Shown: piece by piece, positions 30,435-40,773 of the stretch
Layout: every line of letters starts with the position of its first letter
Numbering within the stretch: position 1 is the stretch's first letter
Source of the DNA: a candidate division FCPU426 bacterium
Lineage (GTDB): Bacteria; Oederibacteriota; Muellerivitia; Muellerivitales; Muellerivitaceae
Direction of reading: 5' to 3'
NCBI GenBank assembly: GCA_963830915.1
Contig: CAWHOE010000010.1
Coordinates: 32,001-96,000, forward strand
Length of the DNA: 64,000 nucleotides
Notes under the pieces: model-generated
Seen by the model: only the letters and a program-made list of their open reading frames with translations
What the model was told of the DNA's origin: nothing
Databases searched by the model: none
Translations under genes and position numbers: made by a program

Positions 30435-33155
30435 ATGGCGCAAGAACCACCCAAGATGACCCTTGAAGAATTGTTCACTCCTGTTGAATCGAATACCGCC
30501 TCTCCTGTTCTCCCCGCTCTCTCTGCCCCGGTCAATCCGCTTATCGGAAGGGAACGGGAACTTCAGGAAATCCGCTCCTTGCTGGAGGATCCTTCCTGCC
30601 GTCTCTTGAGTCTGGTGGGTCCGGGCGGGGTTGGTAAATCCCGTTTGGCTTTGCAAGTGGCGTTAGAAAGCAAAGGCCGTTTCGCCGATGGCGTCTGTTT
30701 CGTTTATTTGGTGTCCGTTCAATCCGCCGAACTCCTAGCCGCCGCAATCGCCAATGCTTTCAAGATCTCCTTTTATGGCCAGGAGGATATGAGAAAACAG
30801 GTCCTGAATTTCATGAGGGAAAAAGAAATTCTGCTTTTCCTGGATAATTTCGAGCACTTACTGGAGGAGTCGGATTGGTTGGTGAAGATCCGGGAGGAAT
30901 GCCCCAAAGTAAAGATTGTCGTGACCTCCCGGGAAAGCCTCGGTTTGAAAGGTGAAAGACTATTCATGGTCAAGGGCCTGCGATATCCCTCCGATGAGTC
31001 GGAAAAGGAAATCGATGGGTATGGGGCGGTCCAATTGTTCCAATTGGAAGCGAAGAATGCCCACGACGGGTTCATTGTGGAAGAGAATCAGAAACCCTAT
31101 CTGATCTCGTTATGTCAATTCCTCGATGGGATGCCCCTGGGGCTAGGGTTGGCAGCTTCCTGTGTGAAGACGCATAGCCTGGAAGACATCTTGACCGAGG
31201 TGAAGCACAACCGTGATTTTCTTGCGAGCACTTACGGGGATATCCCGGAAAGGCATCGAAGCATTCGGGCAGTATTCGAGTCTTCTTGGAATGCCTTGAC
31301 CCCGGGTAAAAAAACGGTACTCAGCCAACTATCGGTCTTTCAAAGTGGCTTCACCGGAGAGGCGTCACAGGCTGTAACAGGGGCTCCGGCCCCTCAGTTG
31401 ATGCTTTTGGCAGACAAATCCCTTTTGGAAAAATCCTCCACCGGTCGATTTAGCCTTCATCCCCTTCTCAAACAATATCTCGAGGAAAAATTGGAGGAGA
31501 CCCCGGAAATTCGGGAAAAAACCAGGGATAACTTAAGTGATTACTTCGCCGGCTTCGTTGGGGAGAGAGCTCTTTTGCTCCATGGGCCAAGGCAGAAGGA
31601 GGCCTTGGAAGATATCAAAATAGAGTCGGAAAATATACGGGTCGCCTGGACCCGTTTACTGGAAAAGGGACCGGCCGAGAAGGTGGAATTTTTCCTGGAT
31701 CCTATTTTCCTTTATTTCGAGGTGCGAGGCCTTTATGGGGAAGGGGAAAAGATATTCAACGCTGCCGCAAAGGTGGTCGCCGACAGGTTAGCCCGCGATG
31801 AATCGGCGCCTAGGGCTTTACGGGCGCTTTATGGCGACCTGACGGCTCGCCAGGGAACTTTCTTTTATCAACAGGGCGACAATGGCAGGGCTAACGAGAT
31901 CCTGCGGTCCAGTTTGACCCTTCTTCAGGAAGTGGGTTCGGGGAAACAGATTGCCTTCGCCGTTAACCACCTTTGTTTCGTACTTTCGCTGATCAGCGGG
32001 AATTTCCAGGAAGCGAAGGATCTGCTGGAAAAGGTCATTTCGCCCTGCGAGAAGCGGGGGGATAAACCAATGTTGGCCCTATCTTTGAAGAATTTGGGGT
32101 ATGTGAATTGGCGGATGGGGAACTACACGGAAGCTCGCCAGCAGTTCCACCGAAGCCAGAACATCTTCCAGGAATTGGGGGACGCTGATTCCTTGGCCAT
32201 CGTTCTGACCGAGATCGTGAATCTAGCTTTCGACCAAAGCCGTTATGAAGAGGCGGAGGAACTTTGCCTGCAAAGCCTGAAAGTCTATAAGGAAATCGGG
32301 CATCGAAGCGGAGAAGCTTGGACCCTAGGAAAGCTGGCTAATATCCATTGGGCCAGGGGAAATTACGAGATCGCGCAGAAGCTTTACGCCCAGGCCCTCC
32401 GCCATTTCAGGGATACGGGTGACCGGGAGGGTGTGGCCTGGGCCCAGAATTCAATCGGTTTGAATCTGAGGTCCATGGGGGATTGCGAAAGCGCCCTTAA
32501 ATGTTTTCAGGAGGGTATCGAGATCTATCAAGGGGTGGGTCACCGATGGGGCGCGGCCTGGTCCATGGCCAACCGGGCTTTCCTGGAGTGTGTCCTGGGA
32601 CATTATGCCGAGGCAACCAAAGATTTCATGGGGAGTTATGAGACCTTCAAATCCATCGAGAACCCCTGGGGAACCGCCTTCGCACTGGATGGTCTGGGAT
32701 GGGTAGCCTTCGGTCAGGGCAGGGTGGAAGAGGCGCTGAAGTATTATTCCGAGTCTTTTTCTATTTTCAGAAAGAACGGGAACCAAAGGGATGAAAGTAT
32801 GGTTCTCTGTCATCTGGGAGAGGCGGCCTTGGTCTGTCAGGAACCGGTCGAGGCCCGGAAATATCTGACCCCGGCATTGAGGACGGCTATGGAAATATTC
32901 GCAATTCCGGTCATCCTGAAGATCATGTTCGAGGCCTGTCTGCTCGCGGCCCAGGAGAAAAAAACGGAGGTTGCCCTGATCGGCGCATTCTTCATCTTGA
33001 ACCACACAGCCACCGAATGGGAAGTGAAGGAAAAGGCCAGGGTTTTGATCAACGGTTTCAAGGAAGTCTTGGGTGACACGAAATTCGCCGAGTTGGACCA
33101 AAAATCAAAAGGCGTTCAGCTAAAGCAGGCCGCGGAAGACTTACTGGCGAAGTGA
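30435..33155 (+). CDS. STAND/NB-ARC-type ATPase with C-terminal TPR repeats
   Basis: LIGRE, GPGGVGKS, LFLDNFEH, VTSR, GMPLG, then about 40-aa TPR-like repeats. Confidence 0.9.
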   Translation: MAQEPPKMTLEELFTPVESNTASPVLPALSAPVNPLIGRERELQEIRSLLEDPSCRLLSLVGPGGVGKSRLALQVALESKGRFADGVCFVYLVSVQSAELLAAAIANAFKISFYGQEDMRKQVLNFMREKEILLFLDNFEHLLEESDWLVKIREECPKVKIVVTSRESLGLKGERLFMVKGLRYPSDESEKEIDGYGAVQLFQLEAKNAHDGFIVEENQKPYLISLCQFLDGMPLGLGLAASCVKTHSLEDILTEVKHNRDFLASTYGDIPERHRSIRAVFESSWNALTPGKKTVLSQLSVFQSGFTGEASQAVTGAPAPQLMLLADKSLLEKSSTGRFSLHPLLKQYLEEKLEETPEIREKTRDNLSDYFAGFVGERALLLHGPRQKEALEDIKIESENIRVAWTRLLEKGPAEKVEFFLDPIFLYFEVRGLYGEGEKIFNAAAKVVADRLARDESAPRALRALYGDLTARQGTFFYQQGDNGRANEILRSSLTLLQEVGSGKQIAFAVNHLCFVLSLISGNFQEAKDLLEKVISPCEKRGDKPMLALSLKNLGYVNWRMGNYTEARQQFHRSQNIFQELGDADSLAIVLTEIVNLAFDQSRYEEAEELCLQSLKVYKEIGHRSGEAWTLGKLANIHWARGNYEIAQKLYAQALRHFRDTGDREGVAWAQNSIGLNLRSMGDCESALKCFQEGIEIYQGVGHRWGAAWSMANRAFLECVLGHYAEATKDFMGSYETFKSIENPWGTAFALDGLGWVAFGQGRVEEALKYYSESFSIFRKNGNQRDESMVLCHLGEAALVCQEPVEARKYLTPALRTAMEIFAIPVILKIMFEACLLAAQEKKTEVALIGAFFILNHTATEWEVKEKARVLINGFKEVLGDTKFAELDQKSKGVQLKQAAEDLLAK

Positions 33156-33237
33156 TTTAACCTAAAATTCGTTTTGCGATGATAGTTGTGTACGAAATAA
33201 TATCGATCAATAGAAAATAGAAAAGGAAAGAAAACTA

Positions 33238-33951
33238 ATGAAACCCAATACGTTATCCATCGATGTGGGCGGAACCGGGCTCAAGGCTTCGGTACTGGAT
33301 AAGGACGGAAAGATGCTTGTGGACCGGGTTCGCGTGGAAACACCAATTCCCTGTCCGCCCGCTGTTTTGATGGACTCCCTGGATGAGTTGATCCGACCCC
33401 TTCCGGAGTTCGACCGGGTTTCGATAGGGTTCCCTGGGGTGGTCCGCGAAGGGAAGGTCATTACCGCGCCTAATCTTGGCACTCCTAAGCCCTGGTCCCA
33501 TTATCCCCTGGCCAAAGCCCTTGAACATAAATGGGGGAAGCCGGTTCGAATCCTTAATGACGCAGACATGCAGGGTTTGGCGGTCATCAAGGGCAAGGGA
33601 TTGGAAATGGTGGTAACGCTTGGCACGGGAGTGGGAACGGCTCTTTATCGCGACGGGGTCCTGATGGCTCACCTTGAATTGGCCCACCATCCAGTGCATG
33701 GAGACAAGACCTACAACCAGTACATCGGCGATAAGGTCCTGATCAAGAAGGGCAAGAAAAAATGGAACCAGAGGGTTCGGAAGGTCCTGGATATCCTTTA
33801 CACGCTCATCAATTACGACACGGTCTTTATCGGCGGGGGGAACGCCAGGCTCATTAAGTTCAAGCTAGAGAAGAACATGAAGGTGGTCTCTAACCAGGCG
33901 GGCATTCTGGGTGGTATCGCCCTTTGGAGGGACGACCGAAACAAGGTTTAG
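33238..33951 (+). CDS. ROK-family kinase, polyphosphate glucokinase-like
   Basis: IDVGGTGLKA, GFPGVV, NDAD, TLGTGVG, ELAH, IGGG, NQAGILG; no ROK zinc cysteines. Confidence 0.8.
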   Translation: MKPNTLSIDVGGTGLKASVLDKDGKMLVDRVRVETPIPCPPAVLMDSLDELIRPLPEFDRVSIGFPGVVREGKVITAPNLGTPKPWSHYPLAKALEHKWGKPVRILNDADMQGLAVIKGKGLEMVVTLGTGVGTALYRDGVLMAHLELAHHPVHGDKTYNQYIGDKVLIKKGKKKWNQRVRKVLDILYTLINYDTVFIGGGNARLIKFKLEKNMKVVSNQAGILGGIALWRDDRNKV

Positions 33952-34916
33952 CTTTTTTTGCTGATATAGGAACCCATGTCGGGCGGTGGCTCGGCTGTGA
34001 ACGAGACTAACTTCCCGGTGCCCGGATGTTTAAAACTCAATTTTCCAGCGTGCAATAGATGTCGGGATATCCCATCCGGGCCCGGGGTCGAGGGGTCTGT
34101 TCCGTTCTTAACGGCCTTCACGAATTCCAAAAATTGTTCGTCCGTTCTTCCGTACAACTTATCCCCGACCAGGGGATGTCCCAATGAATCCAAGTGCACC
34201 CGGATCTGGTTGGTCCGGCCAGTCTTGGGAACGCATTTGAGAAGGGTGGCTTCCTGGAGCCCTTGGACCTTCTCAAATAAGGTCAGGGAAGGTTTGGAGT
34301 TGGGAGTGCCCGATGGTACGACCTTATGCCGGATGGAGATTGCGCTTTCCGTATCACGGGTGATGGCCCCCTCCACTTGGAATCGATCCTCCTTGACCAA
34401 GCCCTTTACGACCGCTAAGTATTCTTTCTCCACCAGTCCCTGTTCGAATTGACGGGTCAGGGCCAGGTGGCTTTCCCTGTCCTTGGCCACCACCATTAAA
34501 CCGCTGGTTTCCCGGTCAAGCCGATGGACCAGACGGACATCGCCTTCCCATCCCTGAGCGCGGACCATTTCGGTAACCAGGTAAATGAATGTGTTCTTGA
34601 TGTAGTTGCCATCGGCGTGAGATGGAAGCTGACCTGGTTTGACCGCCACAAGGAATGTATCCTCCTCGTGGACAATCCCTATATGCCGATCCACGGACGG
34701 TTCTTTCAGGATGACCCGATAGGAGACCAAGTCTCCTTTGCGCAGGAGCTGTCCCGGGATGCCTTGTTTGCCGTTAACCTGGACTTTTCCTTGGCCGATC
34801 AAAGAGGACCAGTTTTCTATGGTCTGGTAGCGGAACCTGGAGGAAAGATATTCCAGTAGTGTCTTACCCTTGGAAAGCGGGGGAACTTTGGATTGAAGGA
34901 TGGTTTCTTCGTTCAT
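33948..34916 (-). CDS. RluA/RluD-family RNA pseudouridine synthase
   Basis: S4-like N-terminus, KPGQL, HRLDRETSG, TGRTNQIRVH, GDKLYG, LHA. Confidence 0.93.
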   Translation of the reverse strand: MNEETILQSKVPPLSKGKTLLEYLSSRFRYQTIENWSSLIGQGKVQVNGKQGIPGQLLRKGDLVSYRVILKEPSVDRHIGIVHEEDTFLVAVKPGQLPSHADGNYIKNTFIYLVTEMVRAQGWEGDVRLVHRLDRETSGLMVVAKDRESHLALTRQFEQGLVEKEYLAVVKGLVKEDRFQVEGAITRDTESAISIRHKVVPSGTPNSKPSLTLFEKVQGLQEATLLKCVPKTGRTNQIRVHLDSLGHPLVGDKLYGRTDEQFLEFVKAVKNGTDPSTPGPDGISRHLLHAGKLSFKHPGTGKLVSFTAEPPPDMGSYISKKS

Positions 34917-34987
34917 TGGATTCCTAAGAGGTCCCGGCAACTTCGAGAAACTACAAATGCGCGGGTGGTTTGAGGTAAGCTACTCTC

Positions 34988-35713
34988 ATGGGCAATAAAC
35001 AATTTATCACACTCATCGCCATTTTTTTTGCCTGCTTTTTCGGATGGCTTTATTATGATTCCCAGCAGGATGCCCAGTCCGTACGGGCCCAGAAGGTCAC
35101 TCGGGATCTGCTTTCGGGCGGGTCAGGATCCGGCGCCACTGTCGAGTACCTATACCATTTTCCGGACACGGTTTATTCCCACCAGTTGACCACCCAACAG
35201 ATCGAGGATCTGGACCGCGCCCGCGGTTCATCTGAGGATAACCATATATACGGTCTCACGGTCGCCGACTTCAAAGCCAACGCTCTTTATCGGTGCAACG
35301 GCTCGAAGAAATGGTTCAAGGACGAGTATGCCATGTGGGTGGAGAACCTACAGGTGGAGTTCGCTTATAACACCATCACGGTCTATGTGACCAGCGGCTA
35401 TCCGGATGAGTCTTGTGAGTACGAACAAACCTTGGCCCATGAAAAGCAACATGTCCAGATACACCGGGAGGTCTATCTCCAGTACCAGAAGGTCCTTCAG
35501 GACGCCATGGCGGCGGCGCCTGAGATACCAACTCAGGACCGCCCGATTACCGTCACGACCTGGGATGAAGGGAAGGAAAGGCTAAGCAAGATCATTTCGG
35601 GGGTGGTCGATCCAGTCTTTGATAAGTTTGGGCAAGCCCTCGCCGAAGAACAGGCGAAGATCGACACGCAGGAAAGTTATAACGAATTGCGGAGCCGCTG
35701 CCAGCATTGGTGA
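34988..35713 (+). CDS. membrane-anchored protein with HExxH motif (putative zincin)
   Basis: N-terminal TM helix; LAHEKQH; Cys residues including one at the C-terminus. Confidence 0.65.
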   Translation: MGNKQFITLIAIFFACFFGWLYYDSQQDAQSVRAQKVTRDLLSGGSGSGATVEYLYHFPDTVYSHQLTTQQIEDLDRARGSSEDNHIYGLTVADFKANALYRCNGSKKWFKDEYAMWVENLQVEFAYNTITVYVTSGYPDESCEYEQTLAHEKQHVQIHREVYLQYQKVLQDAMAAAPEIPTQDRPITVTTWDEGKERLSKIISGVVDPVFDKFGQALAEEQAKIDTQESYNELRSRCQHW

Positions 35714-35724
35714 GGTTTAGCCAT

Positions 35725-36435
35725 TTAGGATTGGGGAACAGCCGCCATTTTTTTAGAATATCGGCTTAAGACCGGGGCTGCGTCCTTCAAATGGACCAGG
35801 ATGTCCTTCATGTTCCAAGAACGGTTATATCGAGGAATGGTGCTACGGTTGAGAATGGCGTTCCTTAAGTCCTCTGGTCGATTTCCCTCGAATTCCGTAT
35901 ACCCCATCCCGATGAAACGTGAATTGTGGGCATCACTGCAGCCGATGGGCGCAAACGGTGTCATAGCCAACATCTTCATGGCCTTGCGGTTGCTCCAAAA
36001 GGAAAGCGCGTCTCCGTGGTTGATGGTCTCAATACCATCAAACGGAATATCGGGAAATAGTTCGATCGCCTTGGGATGCTTGGAGGAGGTGCCGGTATAA
36101 AGATGGAAAGGATGAGCCAGGATGGCCAGGCCTCCTTGGGCGTGGATAAGCTCGACCGTGCGTTTGGCGGTGAGACGGGGAGGAACGAAACTTTTGAGGA
36201 ACAAACCAACCACGTGGCCGTTCAGACTGCTGACTTCTTCTCCCAGAATGACCTGTACACCCAAGTCGGGTCTGCGTTGAGAATATTCCTGGGCCCGAAA
36301 GGCGCCTTCCATGGTGTCGTGGTCGGTGACGGCGATCATCTGAATACCGGCTTTAGAGGCTGCTTTTACGACCAGACGAGGGGTATCTAGTCCGTCAGAG
36401 AAATCGGTGTGAAGATGTAGGTCGGCTTTTCCCAT
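35725..36435 (-). CDS. PHP-domain phosphoesterase
   Basis: DLHLHT.FSDG, TDHD, GEEV, AHPF, SDAH. Confidence 0.92.
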   Translation of the reverse strand: MGKADLHLHTDFSDGLDTPRLVVKAASKAGIQMIAVTDHDTMEGAFRAQEYSQRRPDLGVQVILGEEVSSLNGHVVGLFLKSFVPPRLTAKRTVELIHAQGGLAILAHPFHLYTGTSSKHPKAIELFPDIPFDGIETINHGDALSFWSNRKAMKMLAMTPFAPIGCSDAHNSRFIGMGYTEFEGNRPEDLRNAILNRSTIPRYNRSWNMKDILVHLKDAAPVLSRYSKKMAAVPQS

Positions 36436-36484
36436 TGGATGGCCTGTAATCTAAAGACTCTCCGTAAGTTTTTGATGATGGATA

Positions 36485-36501
36485 AGTTAAATCCGGGTTA
36501 A
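36485..36501 (-). promoter_or_regulatory. Pho-box-like direct repeat
   Basis: Minus strand TTAACC-N5-TTAACT (11-nt period); TAGATT at 36453-36448. Confidence 0.55.
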
Positions 36502-36508
36502 TTAACCA

Positions 36509-36907
36509 CTAAAAGATGGCAGGGGCCTGTTCTCGGAGGTTCTTATTCCTTAACATCAGTTCACGGACCTTCCGACGGATTTTTTCGGCCATGAAAGGTT
36601 TGGAAAAGATAATATCCACCCCCCAATTTAAACTCTCCTCGATGTGTTTGAGGGTGGTGAGATGGGTCACGGCCATGATCGGGATCCGGTTCGGAAAGAT
36701 CAACTCCTTAGCCCGGTTGATGAGATCCTTGGCGTTCAAACCGGGGGTGTAAGGATCTAAAATGAGGGTGTCTGGCTGATAAACCGAGAAAAGGTTGAAG
36801 GCCTTGTCCCCTCGGCTGCAATTAAGAACGATGAAATCGTTTGAAAGGCCGTCGTTCATCTCGCGAAGGTCCCGGATATCCCCGTCAATGACCATAATCT
36901 TTTCCAT
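36509..36907 (-). CDS. single-domain response regulator (receiver)
   Basis: AGGAG RBS; IDGD, LILD (phospho-Asp), AVT, SKPF. Confidence 0.85.
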   Translation of the reverse strand: MEKIMVIDGDIRDLREMNDGLSNDFIVLNCSRGDKAFNLFSVYQPDTLILDPYTPGLNAKDLINRAKELIFPNRIPIMAVTHLTTLKHIEESLNWGVDIIFSKPFMAEKIRRKVRELMLRNKNLREQAPAIF

Positions 36908-36976
36908 GATGGAAGTCTCCTTGTTGATTTGAAGGGCTGAGAATAAGATGACAAAGAGAGCTTTGGTTCAAGGATC

Positions 36977-36993
36977 GGTAAATAACGGGTTAA
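36977..36993 (-). promoter_or_regulatory. Pho-box-like direct repeat
   Basis: Minus strand TTAACC-N5-TTTACC; TATTCT at 36945-36940. Confidence 0.55.
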
Positions 36994-37041
36994 TCTTAGG
37001 AACGGCTCAGGGAAATCGAATCCTTGGGAAACCTGGGGGGT

Positions 37042-37085
37042 TTAACAAGGTTTTTACAGCATTGTTTTGACACCCTAACTATAAT
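37042..37085 (+). promoter_or_regulatory. Pho-box-like repeat and -10 box of the phoBR promoter
   Basis: TTAACA-N5-TTTACA (37042-37058); TATAAT at 37080-37085. Confidence 0.7.
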
Positions 37086-37148
37086 CCCTGGGGTCAAAGT
37101 AAAATCAAACCACTACCCCTGGAAGAAAAGGTATGCGGAAAGGTTCGT

Positions 37149-37832
37149 ATGAAACAGATATTTGTGGTCGAGGATGAAAAGGACCTGGTTGAGTTATTGA
37201 CCTATAACCTTGAAAAGGACGGTTATCGAGTCCTGTCCGAGATGGACGGGGAAACAGCCATGAAAAAGATTCCCGAGAAGATGCCGGATCTGGTTCTCCT
37301 GGACCTGATGCTCCCCAAGGCCGACGGCTTGACCGTTTGCAAGACCCTGAAATCCAATCCCAAGACCGCCCATATTCCGGTGGTGATGTTGACCGCCAAG
37401 GGCGAGGAGTCGGACAAGATTGTGGGGCTGGAATTGGGAGCGGATGACTACATGACCAAGCCTTTTTCGGTCAAGGAACTGCTGGCCCGGGTCCGGGCGG
37501 TTCTCCGCCGGTTCTCCAAATCCCAGGAAGGCGAGCCGATCCAGAAGTTCAAGGACCTGACCTTGAACCGCACCAAGCATGAGGTGGTCCTGAAGAGCCA
37601 GAAACTGGACCTGACGGCCAAGGAATTCGAACTATTGGATTATTTCCTGACCCATTCAGGGAGGGTCCTGTCCCGGGACGTGCTCCTGAACAACGTCTGG
37701 GGTTACGATTATTTCGGCACGACCCGAACGGTGGATGTCCATGTGCGTCGTTTAAGGGAAAAGTTGGGAAACTACGATAAGCACATCCAGACGGTCAAGG
37801 GTTATGGCTACCTTTTCAAGGAAGATGCCTGA
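37149..37832 (+). CDS. phoB: OmpR/PhoB-family response regulator
   Basis: VEDE, LLDLMLP, GADDYMTKPF, winged helix RTVDVHVRRLREKL...VKGYGY; phosphate-gene context. Confidence 0.88.
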   Translation: MKQIFVVEDEKDLVELLTYNLEKDGYRVLSEMDGETAMKKIPEKMPDLVLLDLMLPKADGLTVCKTLKSNPKTAHIPVVMLTAKGEESDKIVGLELGADDYMTKPFSVKELLARVRAVLRRFSKSQEGEPIQKFKDLTLNRTKHEVVLKSQKLDLTAKEFELLDYFLTHSGRVLSRDVLLNNVWGYDYFGTTRTVDVHVRRLREKLGNYDKHIQTVKGYGYLFKEDA

Positions 37833-37853
37833 TTTTTCCTGTATCATTCCCCT

Positions 37854-39167
37854 ATGAGATCTAATTCCAGGGTCCTTTGGGCCATTGTCATTCTTTTCCT
37901 TCTTTTCATCTTCTTTTTATCCGGGCTCAACGTGGTGGCCTGGCGAGAAGCGGTCGCCTTCACGGCGGGCGTCCTCTTGGTCCTGGGCCTGTCCCGCATC
38001 TTGACGCCCGATAGTCCCATCTGGGAAAAGACATCCCTGGCCTCCGTACCCGAGCCTTCAGTGTTGGTCGAGGACGACCGTTCTATCTTCATCCCGGGGC
38101 GCAATTTTGAGGAGATGCTCGACAGGCTCGGTTCCCAGGAGTCCATGCTCAACGTGGTCCTTAACAGCATGGGGGAAGGCGTCTTGCTCCTGAACCAGGC
38201 CGATCGCGTGGTCCTGATGAACCCCTCCGCCCAGAAGATTCTGGGTCTCTCGGAAAAAGACGGGGTCTCCAAGCATTACCTGGAAGTGGTCCGCAACCCA
38301 GTCCTAGCGGATCTATTGACCCAGTCCAAAAAAGAGGGAAATGCCAGTGGGGAGTTCGAGATGTCGGGACGTGAAGAAAGACATTTCGCCCTCAGCGCGG
38401 CCGCTATCCGGGTGGACGGAGGGACTTTGTTGGGACAGATCGTGGTCTTCTCCGATATCACGTCCATCAAAAAGCTTATGAGGATGCGTACCGAGTTCGT
38501 GGCCAACGTCTCTCACGAGCTCAAGACCCCCCTAACCGCCATTCTGGGATACGTGGAAACCCTCTTGGAAGGGGCCATCGACGACAAGAAAAATCGCGTC
38601 CAATTCCTGGGGAAGATTTCGGACCAGGCCCAACGCTTGAACGCCCTCATCACGGACGTTCTGGAACTCTCCAAGATCGAGAGTGGGACCTATGTTTCCT
38701 CCCTGGAATTGGTGGACGCCTCCGAGGTGGCGGGACAGGCGTTGGAACTTTTGAAGGCCAAGGCGGAGGCCAAGGAAATCACTTTCGACCAACAGATACC
38801 GGCCGGATGCGAGGTTACTGCTCATCGGGAAGGCTTGTTCCATGTCTTCGAGAACCTGCTGGATAACGCCGTAAAATACTCCCCAAGAAAGACGGTCATT
38901 CGACTGGCTTCAAAAACTCGGGAAGACGGGCGTATGGAATTGTCGGTGGAGGATCAAGGGCCAGGAATCCCCAAGGAGGTCCAGAACCGGGTTTTCGAGA
39001 GGTTCTTCCGGGTGGACGTGTCCCGAAGCCGGGAGGCTGGAGGCACAGGCCTGGGATTGGCCATCGTTAAACATCTGATGGATAAGATGCGTGGAGAGGT
39101 AGCCCTGACAAGTGAAGAAGGTAAAGGGAGCGTCTTTACCCTCATTCTTCCCAAGCCTTCGATTTAA
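37854..39167 (+). CDS. phoR: PAS-domain sensor histidine kinase
   Basis: Two TM helices, PAS, EFVANVSHELKTPLT, NLLDNAVKY, DQGPGI, FERFFRVD.SRSR..GGTGLGL. Confidence 0.88.
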   Translation: MRSNSRVLWAIVILFLLFIFFLSGLNVVAWREAVAFTAGVLLVLGLSRILTPDSPIWEKTSLASVPEPSVLVEDDRSIFIPGRNFEEMLDRLGSQESMLNVVLNSMGEGVLLLNQADRVVLMNPSAQKILGLSEKDGVSKHYLEVVRNPVLADLLTQSKKEGNASGEFEMSGREERHFALSAAAIRVDGGTLLGQIVVFSDITSIKKLMRMRTEFVANVSHELKTPLTAILGYVETLLEGAIDDKKNRVQFLGKISDQAQRLNALITDVLELSKIESGTYVSSLELVDASEVAGQALELLKAKAEAKEITFDQQIPAGCEVTAHREGLFHVFENLLDNAVKYSPRKTVIRLASKTREDGRMELSVEDQGPGIPKEVQNRVFERFFRVDVSRSREAGGTGLGLAIVKHLMDKMRGEVALTSEEGKGSVFTLILPKPSI

Positions 39168-39203
39168 TCCCACCCTCTTAAAAAAAGGCCAACCCCGCCG
39201 TAT

Positions 39204-40025
39204 TCAACCAATCGTAGTGCTTTTTTCCTGGGCTGGGGGTTTCTGGAACGCCGGTTCAATGCTTTTATCTGGATTAGCCACTGGTTCTTTGGCGGTCGAT
39301 GTTTCCTTCGGAACTGAAGGTGTGCGGTCCGCCAGATTGGCGGCCAGGATTTTCTCCACTCTACCTCTTATTTCCCTGGCGACCGAGACGGGAGATCGGC
39401 TTCCTTGGATAGTATAGAACCCATATTCCTTGCCCAGAGTCTCGAAAATCTTGTGCAAACGCCCCTGGTACTTTATGAAGTTGTCGTACATGCCACCCAC
39501 CCGCTGGATATCCATTCCCGATTCCCAATAGTCCAGCATACCGCTCTTGCTGAAATGGCGTTCAGCCAGGATCTTGGGACTGACGTTCAGGTAGAAGATG
39601 GCGTCCGGCACCAAGGCGAACCCATAGATCTCCCTCAGCCAATCCATGGAGGACCCGCGCACGATATCCCGGGCCATCATGGTGTAGATGTAACGGTCCG
39701 CCAGGACGACGAAACCCGCCTTCAGGGCTGGGATGATGACCCTTTCCAGTTGGTCGGCGAAATCGGTTGCGTAGAAGAGGTTCAGGGTGATGGCGTTAAG
39801 GGTGTTACCCCTCATGGCCTCGGCCAAAGCCTCTCCGACAAGTTCGGAACGTTTCAAACCCACCTGCACGGTGGGGTATCCTTTGCGCTCCAGCCAGTTC
39901 AACAGATAGCTGCTCTGGGTGGAACGGCCCGATCCATCCGATCCCTCGATGACGATGAGGGTCCCTTTCAGGTTGGAGGGATCAATCCCCGGCAAGCCTT
40001 TTCCATAGAATCGTTTGGTTTTCAT
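39204..40025 (-). CDS. thymidylate-kinase-like protein with variant P-loop (candidate PPK3 subunit)
   Basis: EGSDGSGRST (Lys to Arg), ATDFAD, ADRY; 4-nt overlap with the upstream paralog. Confidence 0.8.
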   Translation of the reverse strand: MKTKRFYGKGLPGIDPSNLKGTLIVIEGSDGSGRSTQSSYLLNWLERKGYPTVQVGLKRSELVGEALAEAMRGNTLNAITLNLFYATDFADQLERVIIPALKAGFVVLADRYIYTMMARDIVRGSSMDWLREIYGFALVPDAIFYLNVSPKILAERHFSKSGMLDYWESGMDIQRVGGMYDNFIKYQGRLHKIFETLGKEYGFYTIQGSRSPVSVAREIRGRVEKILAANLADRTPSVPKETSTAKEPVANPDKSIEPAFQKPPAQEKSTTIG

Positions 40026-40717
40026 GGTCTCACTCCCCGTGCCTTAAGTTTGTATTTTTTTAGGTCGATACGTTTCTTGACGATATCCCTCATAGCGGCC
40101 TGCTGTTCCTCTGAGGGGAGAGTGGCGGCAATGCGCTCGAAAGGGAACTCCTTGCTGATGCGGCCGTATTCCTCATAGATCTTCCCTTGGAAGATCCGGA
40201 AGGACTCATAAGGGTCCTTGGAAAAATTCATATCCATTCCGGCCTCATGGTACTTCAGCTGAGGCCGGCCCTCCAGGATTCGGTTTAAGGCCACCTCCAG
40301 AGGGACGTCAAAATAAAAGGTGATGTCGGGCTTGCGGGCGAAGCGGTAAAGTTTTCTCAGCCAGTCCCGGTCGCATCCCCGGACCGCGTCCCGTGCGAAG
40401 GCGGTGTAGACGTAGCGATCGGCCAGAACGATATAGCCACCCTTCAACAGTGGAAGGATCTGGCGCTCATAGCGGTCCGCGAAATCGGTGGCATGGATAA
40501 GGGAAAAAGTGGTGGGCGTTAGCAATTTTTTCTTCTTCCCCTTGCGGGTGGCTTTCTTGACTAGGTCTGATGAATTCCACTCGGTAAAGAACACCTTATA
40601 ACCTTCCAGTTCCAACCAGCGTTTCAACAACCGGATGTGGGTGGACTTGCCTGAGCCGTCCAGCCCTTCCACGGCGATCAATCGACCATCCAGTTCCTTG
40701 GTTTTCATCGGCGTCAT
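40022..40717 (-). CDS. thymidylate-kinase-like protein (candidate PPK3 subunit)
   Basis: EGLDGSGKST, TEWNSS, ATDFAD, ADRY. Confidence 0.82.
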   Translation of the reverse strand: MTPMKTKELDGRLIAVEGLDGSGKSTHIRLLKRWLELEGYKVFFTEWNSSDLVKKATRKGKKKKLLTPTTFSLIHATDFADRYERQILPLLKGGYIVLADRYVYTAFARDAVRGCDRDWLRKLYRFARKPDITFYFDVPLEVALNRILEGRPQLKYHEAGMDMNFSKDPYESFRIFQGKIYEEYGRISKEFPFERIAATLPSEEQQAAMRDIVKKRIDLKKYKLKARGVRP

Positions 40718-40773
40718 AGTGCTTCGCTCCTTTTTTTGTCTTTCAATCTAAAAGTTTTTTCCAACGGTTTGTG

